A DNA stretch of 64,000 bases from assembly GCA_963743305.1 (NCBI GenBank), contig CAVUPH010000025.1, positions 19,017-83,016 on the forward strand, given 5' to 3'. Numbering within the stretch: the first letter of the stretch is position 1; each line of letters begins with the position of its first letter. Source of the DNA: an uncultured delta proteobacterium. Lineage in GTDB: Bacteria > Desulfobacterota > RBG-13-43-22. Position numbers and translations under genes: made by a program. Positions 29,513 through 39,904 of this stretch are shown one piece after another. The notes below the pieces were generated by a model. It worked only from the letters and a program-made list of their open reading frames with translations. It ran no database searches and was not told the origin of the DNA.

Positions 29513-32500
29513 ATGCGTGTCAGCCGTTTGATTAAGTCGGCCATATCGTTAATTGTCGTGCTGCTCTGCCTGCTTTCCCCAAACAAGGCCGCGGCCTCGA
29601 CCGCCACCTTTCTGGCCGTGGCGGACGCGACCCTCAAAAGCAACTCACCGGATAGCAATTTTGGGGGCGATTCGACCCTCATCATGACTTACGATCCCAT
29701 TGAGTCAATCAAAGATGTGACGCTGGTCCGCTTTGATCTCTCTTCTCTGCCGGCGGATGCCATCATCGACAGCAACAGCCTGGAATTATATCTGGAAAGC
29801 AGCGGCGGGCTCGATCCGGTCGGCCTGGCTGTCTATCTCGTGACCACGCCCTGGGCGGAGTCTACTGTCACGTGGAACACCAATCCGACCACTTTCCCCT
29901 ATGGCCTCCTCTGGCAGGTAGATGGGGCCTCGGGCTGGAAATCGATTGGCATCTCAACGAGTTGGATCACCAGTTGGCGGACCGGTAGCAATAACGGCCT
30001 ATTGATCTATGGTCCGGTTTCTGGCGCCCAAGGCTATCACCGCAACTTTATCAGCCGAGAGCGGGGCTGGGACCCGCCGCGACTCACTGTCACTTACCAC
30101 CGCCACACGGCCTTTGCCGGGCATGTCTACAGCGGAAACGCCATCGGCGATACCAGCCACCCGTTGGGAGACGTTGACGTGGCCCTCTACTGTTCGAGCG
30201 ATCCGAATGTGCAGGGAGCGTTGGCCGACAGAACCAGCACGGATGAGTTGGGGGCCTTCAGTCTGGCGACGGATGAGACCTGCGAGATTTACAACATCAT
30301 GGCCTTCGCCCCATCGGGCTACTACTCCCTCGGCGCCACCTCCAGCAATGGAATTATAAAAGCGGCCCATTGGATCCAGTATGTCTCCAATCAGACGGGG
30401 CAGGCTTTCACCGGGGATGCTTTCTTTGTCCATGTCCAAACCCCCAGCGATACTACTCCTCCCGACAACTGGACAAACTTTGCCCCGACGCAGTGGGTCA
30501 CCTCCCAAACCGTTCACGTTCAGGAACAGGTGGAAGACACCCTCTCGGGGCTGGATGTCTCCACCGCCAAATGCAGCTACTCGATCGATGGCGGTTCTTC
30601 CTGGAGCCCCTGGCGGTCGGCCTCGATCAGCGGGACGGGCGGAACAACCACCCCGCAGATCATCTCGGCCGACATCCCCTTCGGGCAAGACTCCGGACCG
30701 GCGAGCCTGAACCTGGTCCGGTTCCAGGTCGCCGACATGGCGGGCAATCCCGGCACCGGACCCAGCCACGCGGTCAAGGTGGATTCGGTACCGCCCCAGA
30801 ATCCGACCAGCCTGATCAGCACCAGCCATTCCCCGGGAGTCTGGTCCAACAACCCCCACGTCGCCTTTCAATGGACCGGCGCCGTGGATGACCGCAGCGG
30901 GTTAAAAGGGTACTCCTACGCCTGGGACAATTATTCCGGTACGGTGCCGGGTGTGTTCGTGGATACGGCGGCTGCCTCCTTGACTCTAACGGCAGCGGCG
31001 GATTCGTCCGGGTGGTGGCTCCATGTGCGGGCTATCGATCAGGCGGGCAATGCCGCCAGCGGGGCGCAGCATCTGGGACCCTTCCCTATCGATATCACGC
31101 CGCCCACGGTTTTTTTGACCGAACCGGCGACGGGCAGCGTGAAAACAGCGACGTTCAATGTGGCCTGGAGTGGCAGCGACGGGCTTTCGGGAATTAGCGG
31201 TTACGATGTGCAAGTGAGCACCGATGGCGGGGCCTGGAACAACTGGCATCCGGGGGTCACCTATCAGTCGGCTTTCTTTACCGGGGAGCGGGCCCGAACC
31301 TATTCCTTCCGGGTGCGGGCTTGGGACCAGGCGGGAAACGTAAGTGGCTGGTCCACATCGGGGGTGGTACGGGTCGGGGGGGACGTTACCGTGCGGGTTG
31401 AAAACGAAAACGGCCTACCGGTCAGCGGAGCGGATATTTACCTGAACGGGAAGCTGCAATCCACCTACGGGGCGGCCGTAGCCACCCTGCACGACGTGCT
31501 GGCAGGCGATCAACTGGTCGCCCGCTACCTGGTCGAGCAACGCCCCTCCCCCAAGGGCTACCACAACTGGGTGTACGGAGACTGGTCGTACCGCATCTAC
31601 ATCACCAGCCTTGGTTTCGATAACAACGGCATTCCCCAGTTCTTCACCATCAGCGATCCGACGGCCACGCAGGTGCTGGTAGTGCGTCGTACCCAGCCCC
31701 TGATTGGCTTCTATGTGCTGGCCTCGGTAGAATGGGAAGCAACCACGGCCTTTCTGGATCAGTTGATGGACGGCTTTCGAGAGGCTTCCGCTTATCTATT
31801 CGACTTGACGGATGGCCAGATGCTGTTCGAGGTCATTGAGATGGACGATAATAAGGCCCGTTGGGCCCAAGCGGATTATTACATCCAGGCCGCAAACGGG
31901 TACCGGGCCAATGCCACCGTAGGCGGCGTCTGGCAGGGCACGAATGCCCATGCTTACATGGGGCGCGGTTTTGATTGGACGGACCTCAGCCATTTCCGGG
32001 CCTTGGTCCATGAATTTGGTCATTATGGGCTGGATTTGGGCGATGAATATTTCGACGCGGATGGTAGAGAAGACACGGGTGCCAAGTGTACGACCGACCG
32101 CAGCAATGCGGATGGCGTCGATCAAGCTTGTCTCATGGCCAACGAAAAAGTTGCCACGGAGATGTGCTCTTTGCTGACGGTCCATCCCCATAGCACCAAT
32201 ACCATGCAAGAGGCAACTCGCCACGAGCCCTGCTGGGAAACCGTATACAAGCGATACCAGGACACTCAGAATCCGCCACGCTGGATCATCCAACGCCCCC
32301 AGGATCGCGGCAGCATCATGCCTGGGCCCACTAGCATTCCGGTGACCGATTGGGTGTGGGGTGGGACTCGTATCAAATCAAACACCGGGGCCTGCGGATC
32401 CTTCGATCTCCGCTGGGTGTTCGTGGCGGACGGCAGCCCGGCCGCGGACTTTGACGTTTGGGTGGAAGGCAACAGCCCTTTGTACCAGGGGAAGACGGAC

Positions 32501-33355
32501 AAAAACGGGCTGATTTCGATTGTCGGCGCGCATAGCGGAGATACGATCCGGGTGCAGAAGAGTTGTGGTTCGGACTGCTCCAATTCCGGATCGGTCACGG
32601 CGAATTGCGCGACTGGGCAACTGGCAGGTGAGCCCGTACCCCTAAAGCTTAAACAAGACCCGTTTGCGCTGGCCGTCAAGGTAACGCCCTCGGCTGAGGG
32701 GACAACCGTAGATATTTCGGCCCAAGCATCCACTACCCTCGCGGCTACGCCAACCCTTCAAATTTATCAAGCCGGTTCGCCAGATCCCCTGACAGTGGCG
32801 CTGACTTTTGATGGTGCGGCTTACACCGGCAGTGTCGCCTTGAATCCCGCTTTGGAATTGCTGGGCGTCGTGCGAGGGGAAGCGGTGGATGGCAGCGGTC
32901 ATTCCGTCGTCACCCTCACGCCTTTCAAACTGAATCGGGTGGATTCGGGTCAAATAACCTGGCTGCGCTCGGAAGACGGCAAGGTGGACATATTCCTCAA
33001 GCCCGGCAGCCTGACCGGAGATCCGGTCGTGAGTGTTTCCCGCGCCTCTCAAGTGAACCTGAGACAGGAAGGGCTGGTCCTGGTCGGAAGCCCTTATGCG
33101 GTGACGGTCTCCAATGGGCAAGAAGCTTTGCAGGAAAAAGCCGCCGTCAACATCCATTACGACCCGGATGCGGTGCCCGGTCGGGATCCCGGCGCTTTGC
33201 ATATCTATCGCTGGGATGAACAGTCTCAAAAATGGGTCGACGATGGCGGTGCGGTCAGCCGTGAAAACCAAGCGGTAACCACTACGGTTGGACGCCTGGG
33301 GACTTTTGTCCTGGCCTGGGAACCCAAAATCCATTTGCCGCTCATTTTCAGGTAG
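29513..33355 (+). CDS. Large secreted multidomain protein: signal peptide, DNRLRE/CBM96-like domain, Ig/Fn3-like repeats, CLCA-like HExxH metalloprotease, C-terminal LPLIFR tag
   Basis: RBS AGGAGG; VADATL..PDSNFG..LVRFDLSSLP..PRLTVTY; repeated D.AGN and D.TPP; ALVHEFGHYGLDLGDEY; ends KIHLPLIFR. Confidence 0.8.
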   Translation: MRVSRLIKSAISLIVVLLCLLSPNKAAASTATFLAVADATLKSNSPDSNFGGDSTLIMTYDPIESIKDVTLVRFDLSSLPADAIIDSNSLELYLESSGGLDPVGLAVYLVTTPWAESTVTWNTNPTTFPYGLLWQVDGASGWKSIGISTSWITSWRTGSNNGLLIYGPVSGAQGYHRNFISRERGWDPPRLTVTYHRHTAFAGHVYSGNAIGDTSHPLGDVDVALYCSSDPNVQGALADRTSTDELGAFSLATDETCEIYNIMAFAPSGYYSLGATSSNGIIKAAHWIQYVSNQTGQAFTGDAFFVHVQTPSDTTPPDNWTNFAPTQWVTSQTVHVQEQVEDTLSGLDVSTAKCSYSIDGGSSWSPWRSASISGTGGTTTPQIISADIPFGQDSGPASLNLVRFQVADMAGNPGTGPSHAVKVDSVPPQNPTSLISTSHSPGVWSNNPHVAFQWTGAVDDRSGLKGYSYAWDNYSGTVPGVFVDTAAASLTLTAAADSSGWWLHVRAIDQAGNAASGAQHLGPFPIDITPPTVFLTEPATGSVKTATFNVAWSGSDGLSGISGYDVQVSTDGGAWNNWHPGVTYQSAFFTGERARTYSFRVRAWDQAGNVSGWSTSGVVRVGGDVTVRVENENGLPVSGADIYLNGKLQSTYGAAVATLHDVLAGDQLVARYLVEQRPSPKGYHNWVYGDWSYRIYITSLGFDNNGIPQFFTISDPTATQVLVVRRTQPLIGFYVLASVEWEATTAFLDQLMDGFREASAYLFDLTDGQMLFEVIEMDDNKARWAQADYYIQAANGYRANATVGGVWQGTNAHAYMGRGFDWTDLSHFRALVHEFGHYGLDLGDEYFDADGREDTGAKCTTDRSNADGVDQACLMANEKVATEMCSLLTVHPHSTNTMQEATRHEPCWETVYKRYQDTQNPPRWIIQRPQDRGSIMPGPTSIPVTDWVWGGTRIKSNTGACGSFDLRWVFVADGSPAADFDVWVEGNSPLYQGKTDKNGLISIVGAHSGDTIRVQKSCGSDCSNSGSVTANCATGQLAGEPVPLKLKQDPFALAVKVTPSAEGTTVDISAQASTTLAATPTLQIYQAGSPDPLTVALTFDGAAYTGSVALNPALELLGVVRGEAVDGSGHSVVTLTPFKLNRVDSGQITWLRSEDGKVDIFLKPGSLTGDPVVSVSRASQVNLRQEGLVLVGSPYAVTVSNGQEALQEKAAVNIHYDPDAVPGRDPGALHIYRWDEQSQKWVDDGGAVSRENQAVTTTVGRLGTFVLAWEPKIHLPLIFR

Positions 33356-33588
33356 ATTGGATTTGAACACGGTCCGGGCGGGAGTTGCCGCGCACCCGCG
33401 GGAATGGCCCTATTCCGGATATAAGGAAATTCAAACGCCCCGGTGAAGATAGGGCCTGATCGATCACGAGAGACTGATGGATTTAACCGGGGTGAAAAGC
33501 CGGCAGGACTTCAAAGAACTCCATCTTCGCGGCCTATCGGCGGTTGAGTTTAGGCCTTGGGCACTGGAGGTACAGAGAGGAGTGCACG

Positions 33589-33933
33589 ATGAGCAACGAA
33601 CAGGTGGCACCCGAGACGAAAGGGGTTACGGTGAAGTTACTGGCAACGGTTGACCTTGGCCCTGAGATCGAGGGCCTGGCAGGGCGCCAACTTAGAATGC
33701 GTATGGTGACCATCGAGCCCGGAGGCGTCTTCGGCCCGGTTCACGACCATAAAGGCAGACCAGGCACCGTCTACATACTGCAAGGAACGATCACGGACCA
33801 TCGAAATGGAATGGCTACGGACTATGGACCGGGAGTGGGCTGGCCCGAGGATAGGAACACCACTCACTGGCTTGAGAACAGAGGAACGATTCCGGCAGTG
33901 GAGATCTCGGTCGATATAGTCAGGCAAGAGTAA
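33589..33933 (+). CDS. Cupin-domain protein
   Basis: VTIEPGG..VHDHKGRPGTVYILQG..HWLENRG; RBS GAGGAG. Confidence 0.88.
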   Translation: MSNEQVAPETKGVTVKLLATVDLGPEIEGLAGRQLRMRMVTIEPGGVFGPVHDHKGRPGTVYILQGTITDHRNGMATDYGPGVGWPEDRNTTHWLENRGTIPAVEISVDIVRQE

Positions 33934-33975
33934 ACCTCAACGTGGCATAAAAAACAGGGCGGAAAATAAATAGAG

Positions 33976-36108
33976 TTAATATCCATTGGAATAAAATGTC
34001 TTCCCGGATTCCCCCATTTCCCGGATGAGCCTCGCCGGTTGATAGCGGGGTCCGTAACGCTTTCCCAGGTCCAACAGCTTTTCATAGACCTGCTTTAACC
34101 CCCAGGCATCGGCGTAGCGCAGGATGCCGCCGCGGTAGGCCGGAAAGCCGGTGCCGTTGATCATGGCCAGGTCCATGTCCGGGGGACGGTCGCAGATCCC
34201 TTCGGCGATCATCAGGGCCGCCTCGTTAATGCCCAGGGCCAGGAGGGTGTCGACAATTTCTTGAGGTTCCATTTTCTGAGGAGCAATCCCCTTCTCTTGC
34301 TGATACTCTCGTATCACTTCCCCCACTTTGGGGTTAGGGACAGGCCTGCCACCCGAATAGTCAAAATATCCGGCCCCGGTCTTCCGCCCGTAGCAACCGG
34401 TCTGATAAATCCGTTCGATCAGGGGATGCAGGGTGTAGCGCTTCCCCAGCTTCCGGGCGAAAGTCTGGTTAACATGGTAACCGATGTCGATCCCGGTCAG
34501 GTCTTCCAGGGCGGCCGGCCCCAGGGGCATCCCGAAGTCCTTAACGGCCTGCTCGATGGCCGCCAAATCCACACCGTCGGCCAGCAGGTAGGGCATACCG
34601 GCAAACAGGGCGATGAGTTGACGGGTTACATAAAAGCCGGGGCCGTCGTTGACCACCAGCATGAATTTTTTAATGCTCTTGGCGAAGGAGACACCGGTGG
34701 CCAGGGTCTGGTTTGAGGTCTTCTCCCCGCAGATAATTTCCAAAAGCGGCATCCGCTCCGCCGGGTTGAAGAAATGGAGACCGATCATTCGTCCTGGATC
34801 TTTCAGGACGGAGGCCATCTCGGTGATGGGCAGGGCCGAGGTGTTCGTTCCGAAAATCGTTTCCGGTCTACAGATCTCGTCCAGTTTTTTCCAGATCTCC
34901 CGCTTGACCTCCATATCTTCCAACACGGCCTCGATCACCAGGTCTACATCCTTCAGACCCTCAAGCGAAGTGGTGGTGAGGAGTCGGTCTCGGATCAGTC
35001 CCTCAAGATTCTCCTCGGTCATTTTCTTCTGTTTGATCGGATAAGCAAAGCTCCGACGGACTGCCTCCAGCCCTTTTGAAGGGCACTCTCGTCGATATCC
35101 CAGAGCACGGTCTCAAAACCGTTTTTAATCAGCAGATGGACAATCCCCGAGCCCATGACTCCGCCGCCCAGCATGGCCACCTTCTTGATTTTAGCCGGTT
35201 CGAGGCCCTTGATCCTTGGGTGCCGTCCGGCCGCTCGGGTGTTCAAAAAAACGCCGATCAAATTTTTGGCGATAGCGGATACAGCGCAATCGCTAAACAG
35301 TTCCACGTCCCGGCGGATGTCGATTTCCAGATCGGCAGTCAGCCCTTGCTCCAAGGCCTCCAGGGCCTTGAAGGGGGCCAAGACCCCCCGGAATTTTTTG
35401 GCGTTCCGATTTTTGAATTCCTCGATGACGGCCTTTTTCTCTTCCGCGTCGGCTAGAAGATCCTTTCGATTCCGGGTTATCCGCTGCCCCGGTCGAGTTC
35501 TCCGGAAATAAACCGACGCGCGGCCTTCAGGGCGGCCTCCTGCAATTCGTCGGACCCGACCACCTCATCCACCAATCCCAGCGTCCGGGCCTCCCCAGCC
35601 TTGATCGGTTGACCGTAGGCGATCATCTCCAGGGCACGAGGGAGACCGATCAGCCGGGGCAGCCGCTGGATCCCGCCCGCCCCGGGAATCACCCCGAGTT
35701 GGACCTCCGGCAGCCCCAGAAGGGCCTCGGGGACGGCCAGCCGGTAATGCCCGGCCAGGGCCGCCTCGAATCCGCCGCCTAAACAGTTGCCGTTGACGGC
35801 CATGACCACCGGCTTGGGTGCGGTTTCGATGGCGGTGAATAATCCGGCTGCGGTCCAACCCAATTGAAAGGCCTCCTCCGCGTTTTCAGCGATTGCAGTT
35901 CCGTAATATCGGCACCGGCAATAAAATTCTTTCCAGTCCCCGTCAAGACCAGGGCCTTGACCGCCGGATCGCCCATAGCCGCTTCAATGGCGTCTCTCAG
36001 GTCCCGGCTGAGTTGGGGGGACATGGGATTGACCGGCGGATTGTCGATGGTCAGGACGGCGGTTTGGTCCTGGAGTGATATTTTGATGGTTTTATATTCG
36101 GTTCGCAT
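33976..36108 (-). CDS. FadB/FadJ-like enoyl-CoA hydratase/3-hydroxyacyl-CoA dehydrogenase (several frameshifts)
   Basis: LTIDNPPVN, FIAGADI, GGGFEAALA, LPEVQLGVIPGAGG, GGGVMGSGI, VIEAVLED, TNTSAL, GLHFFNP, spread over four ORFs. Confidence 0.88.
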
Positions 36109-36139
36109 GGAATTAGTCCTTTAACACGAAAATAAAGAC

Positions 36140-36240
36140 GAACATCGAACATCGAACGTCCAACATCTAATTTAATTTGTTGTTTTTTATCGCAAAGCGA
36201 AGCAAATTTTCCTTTGCGTCCTTTGCGTCTTTGCGGTGAA
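36140..36240. repeat. Short tandem repeats (GAACATC heptamers; CTTTGCGTC units)
   Basis: GAACATCGAACATCGAACGTCCAACATC and CTTTGCGTCCTTTGCGTCTTTGCG. Confidence 0.6.
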
Positions 36241-36243
36241 TTT

Positions 36244-37431
36244 TTAAGCCTTTTCTATAATGATTGCCTGTCCGTGGCCGCTGCCGCCGCAGAGGGCCGC
36301 CAGGCCGAGCTTCAGATCCCGCTTTTCCATTTCGTGGATCAGGCTGACCACCAGCCGGCAGCCGGTATTGCCTATGGGATGCCCGAGCGCTATGCCGCCC
36401 CCGTTCACGTTGACGATCTCCCTGTTTAGACCAAGCTCTCGCTCCACCGCCACCGAGGGTGCGGCAAAGGCTTCGTTGATCTCAAACAGTTCGATATCTT
36501 CAAGGCGATAGGCCGTCTGCTGCAAAAGTTTCCGGATGGCCGGGATGGGCCCGATCCCCATAATCCGTGGATCCACACCAACTGCCACAGATCCTACAAT
36601 TCGCCACTTTCGTTTCATGTCCAACTGCTCGGCCAATTCCCTGGAGATCACCAGGACCGCAGAGGCGCCATCGTTCATTCCGGAGGAATTGCCGGCGGTC
36701 ACTGTGCCGTCTTTCTTGAAGGCCGGAGGGAGCCGGCTCAACCCCTCCAGCGTAGTCTCCGGTCGGGGATGCTGATCGGTATCGACGATGACATCCTTTT
36801 TCCCCTTCTTACCCGGAATCACCACCGGCACGATTTCATCCTTAAATCTTCCTTCTTCCAGCGCTTTCTTAGCCCGCATCTGGCTGACATAGGCAAACTC
36901 ATCCTGGTCTTCCCTGGAGATATGGTATTGTTCGGCCACGTTTTCGGCCGTCAGCCCCATGATAAGGCCGGAATATTGATCGAATAGACCGTCCCAGACG
37001 CCGTCGGACAACTCCTGGTGACGGAGACGCAATCCCCACCGGGCGTTCTTTATCGAATAAGAGACATTGCTCATGCTCTCTCCGCCACCGGCGAGGATCG
37101 CCTCGCCTTCGCCCAGCCGTATCCTCATCGAGGCGATTCGGATCGCTTCCATGGACGAACAGCAGGCCCGGTTCGACGTGCACCGCCGAGACATGCTCGG
37201 GTATGCCGGCCTTCAAGGCCGCACAGCGGGCCAGACCGTTCTCGTCGCTGCGCACCATGACCACCCCCCAGTAGACATCGTCCAGTTTTCCTTGGGGAAG
37301 TTCACCCTCTCACAGACCTCAGCCATTACCGTGCCGGCGAGCTGCTCATGAAGAACGTCTCTCAGCGCCCCGCCAAAGGAAGCGATAGGCGTCCTGACCG
37401 CGGAAACAATAATCGGATCCCTTTTATCCAT
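36244..37431 (-). CDS. Thiolase (acetyl-CoA C-acyltransferase), frameshifted near the 5' end
   Basis: IVSAVRTPI, NRACCSSMEA, EINEAFA, NVNGGGIALGHPIG, LCGGSG. Confidence 0.9.
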
Positions 37432-37523
37432 TTTGATGGTTCTCCCTTGTTCATCGAATTTCAGTAACAACAACCTTTCATGCTTTGGTCCGAGGAAAGC
37501 TTGCCTCTTTATGCCGACTCCGA

Positions 37524-39015
37524 CTACCAATGGGGCGGAAATTCCGGGAGCTGCGCATACGCAGGATGGCTGTTTGAATCCTCGATCCTGGCCGCCCTCT
37601 TGGCCGCTGCCTTGTATCGGTCGAAATCAGCTAAAGTGAGTATGGAAAGCTTCTGAGCCTCCAGCGATCCCTCGGCGTGAATGGTGAGCACATCTTCATA
37701 GGAGGAGGTCAGGTCCCTGACGAGTTTGACCATGCGGAGCCGGTCTTCTGTCGGGACACCGGCCTTTCCTGCCCAAATACTTGTCCAGCAGGGATCGGGT
37801 TTCGGGATTGAAGTAATCTTTGGAAGACGGAGCAGGTCAGCCACAATCCCTCCGGAAATGTCCTGAATGTATTTTGTGGCCTGATGCCAGTTATCGGCAA
37901 AGTAGAATTTGCAGATATTGGCGATCATCGGATTCGGGTAGACAAGGTCCGAGTCCTTTTCGCTGCTGCAATGTTCCACGGCCGCCCTTCCCAGGGTTTC
38001 CACTGCTTCGGCATACATGGCCAGCCAGGTCAGCTTATCCCTAACATGCGCCGCCTTTTCTACGCCGTTGTACTCAGCCATCAGGACAGCGGCCCCCGTA
38101 AACAGCTCCAGTTCCATGGCCTTGTATGTCTCGGCGCTCAGGCGATGGAAGTTGGCAAACATGTAAGCCACCTCGTCCGGCGAATTCCCATTCGCCTTTC
38201 AAGAAGAGACGCTCGTTGGGAACAAAAACGTCCTCAAAAATAACCGTTGCGTCATTTATGAAGATGCTGCCGGCAATGGGATGATCAAACAGGCTGACCC
38301 CTCGCTAACCTCCGGTTCCGCGGAGATCAAGGTCAAGCCTTTGGCGTTGAGAGGGACCCCGAAGGCGACGGCATAGGCCTTGTCGTCCTCCCTCATGGCC
38401 CGGCAGGGGGCAATTAATATCTCATTGCAGAGAGGCGCCTGGCTGATATGAGTTTTCGCCCCCTCACGATCTACGCCGTCTTTGCGCTCTTCCACAATTC
38501 GCACGTAAAAATCCTGATGCTGCTTCTGCTGAGAGGGTCGGAGGCTCCTGTCACCCTTGACATCGGTCAGGCCCATGGCGAATGAAAGATCATTTTTTTG
38601 CAGGTGCTTGCGATAGGCTTCCACGTTTGCGGCGTAATGGGTCCCATATTTCTTGTCAATTCGGGGGCTAACCACGGTCACCGCATTCAAACCGTCCTTG
38701 GCCACAAACTCGCCCCCCGAAGGCTTTCCGAAGCAGACCCGGGCCCACAGCTTTACCATCTCGCGGAGCCGCAGGAGATCCTCTCTCGTTCGTTGTGGCA
38801 TCAACGCAAAGCTGACCCTTTCTCCGTCCTCATCCAATTCAGTCAGAAGATCCTGGTAGCGGATCAAGATTCAAAACATAATCCATGGCCATCCAGTCGC
38901 GGCAGATCTTTAGAATCGGATGATTCGTTACATCCGGGACCCTTTCGCCGTTGCAGTAAACAACCCTGCCATCCTTGAGGCTTTCGATGTATTCTTGTGG
39001 TGTCTTCAGCGCCAT
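37524..39015 (-). CDS. 4-hydroxybutyryl-CoA dehydratase / 4-hydroxyphenylacetate 3-hydroxylase-family flavoprotein (frameshifted)
   Basis: MALKTPQEYIESLKD, GLTDVKGDRSLRPSQQ, GAKTHIS, AVAFGVP, FANFHR, QDISGG, TIHAEGS. Confidence 0.85.
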
Positions 39016-39079
39016 TCGTCGTCTCCTTTTTTCTTAGGTTATAATTTTACAATTTAGCCCAATTGAATATTGATTAAAG

Positions 39080-39171
39080 CCGTCATTCCGGGCAAGCGAA
39101 GCGCGATCCGGAATCCAGGGCAGTAAAAGCCTCGGAATACCCTGGATGCCGGATCAAGTCCGGCGTGACGG
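39080..39171. repeat. REP/RPE-like palindromic element, copy A
   Basis: CCGTCATTCCG..CCGGAATCCAGG..CCTGGATGCCGGATCAAGTCCGGCGTGACGG. Confidence 0.75.
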
Positions 39172-39217
39172 GAAAAGACGAAAGCGAATACGTGGCAGAC
39201 ACTATTTATTTACGTAC

Positions 39218-39703
39218 TCAAACGTTTCGGGAACAGGCGATCGTTTCATGCTCTTTCCCCCGGACCGAGAGGACAGGCACCGGGCAACGCGAAAGACCTT
39301 TTCCGCTATGGAACCGAACAGGGTATTGGCAATATTGCGTTCGGCCTTTGGTCCCCATGATCACCAAATCCACTCCCTGCTCTTTGACAATCTCCAGCAG
39401 TTCCACCCAGGGAACCCCGACCCGAAAAACCTGGACGACCTTACTGAGCCTGACAGCCGGTTTCTTTCAACAGTTGATCGGTTTTGGCGGCCCGGTCCTG
39501 CTCTCTGATCGGGACAGATAAGTTTGTCCTTTGTTATTCCGACACGTTCCACTTTGCTGATGGCATCCACATCCCGTTGGTTGATGACGTTGGCCACCAC
39601 CGTGGCGTTCAGACAACCGGCCGAAAAAGGCCGCATAATTAAGGGTAGCCTTGGAATAATCTGAAAAATCGACGGCTGCCATTATTTTGGTAATCGGTCC
39701 CAT
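39218..39703 (-). CDS. Universal stress protein (frameshifted)
   Basis: KIMAAVDFSDYSKATLNYA, VDLVIMGTKGR, CPVPVLSVR. Confidence 0.8.
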
Positions 39704-39804
39704 CAATTCCTCCTGGTATCTTTAATCATGTGATTCGCCAACTTGGGCGGGTAGATCGGCCACCCGAGAACCCAGAAACAAGGTCAAAGGCCATTTTATC
39801 GGGA

Positions 39805-39897
39805 CGCCATCCCGGACAGGCGAAGCGCGGTCCGGGATCCAGGGGTTGTTATGATATCCAGATCCCCCTGGATGCCGGATCAAGTCCGGCATGACGG
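39805..39897. repeat. REP/RPE-like palindromic element, copy B
   Basis: Shares GCGAAGCGCG.TCCGG.ATCCAGG and CCTGGATGCCGGATCAAGTCCGGC.TGACGG with copy A. Confidence 0.75.
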
Positions 39898-39904
39898 GCA
39901 AAAA

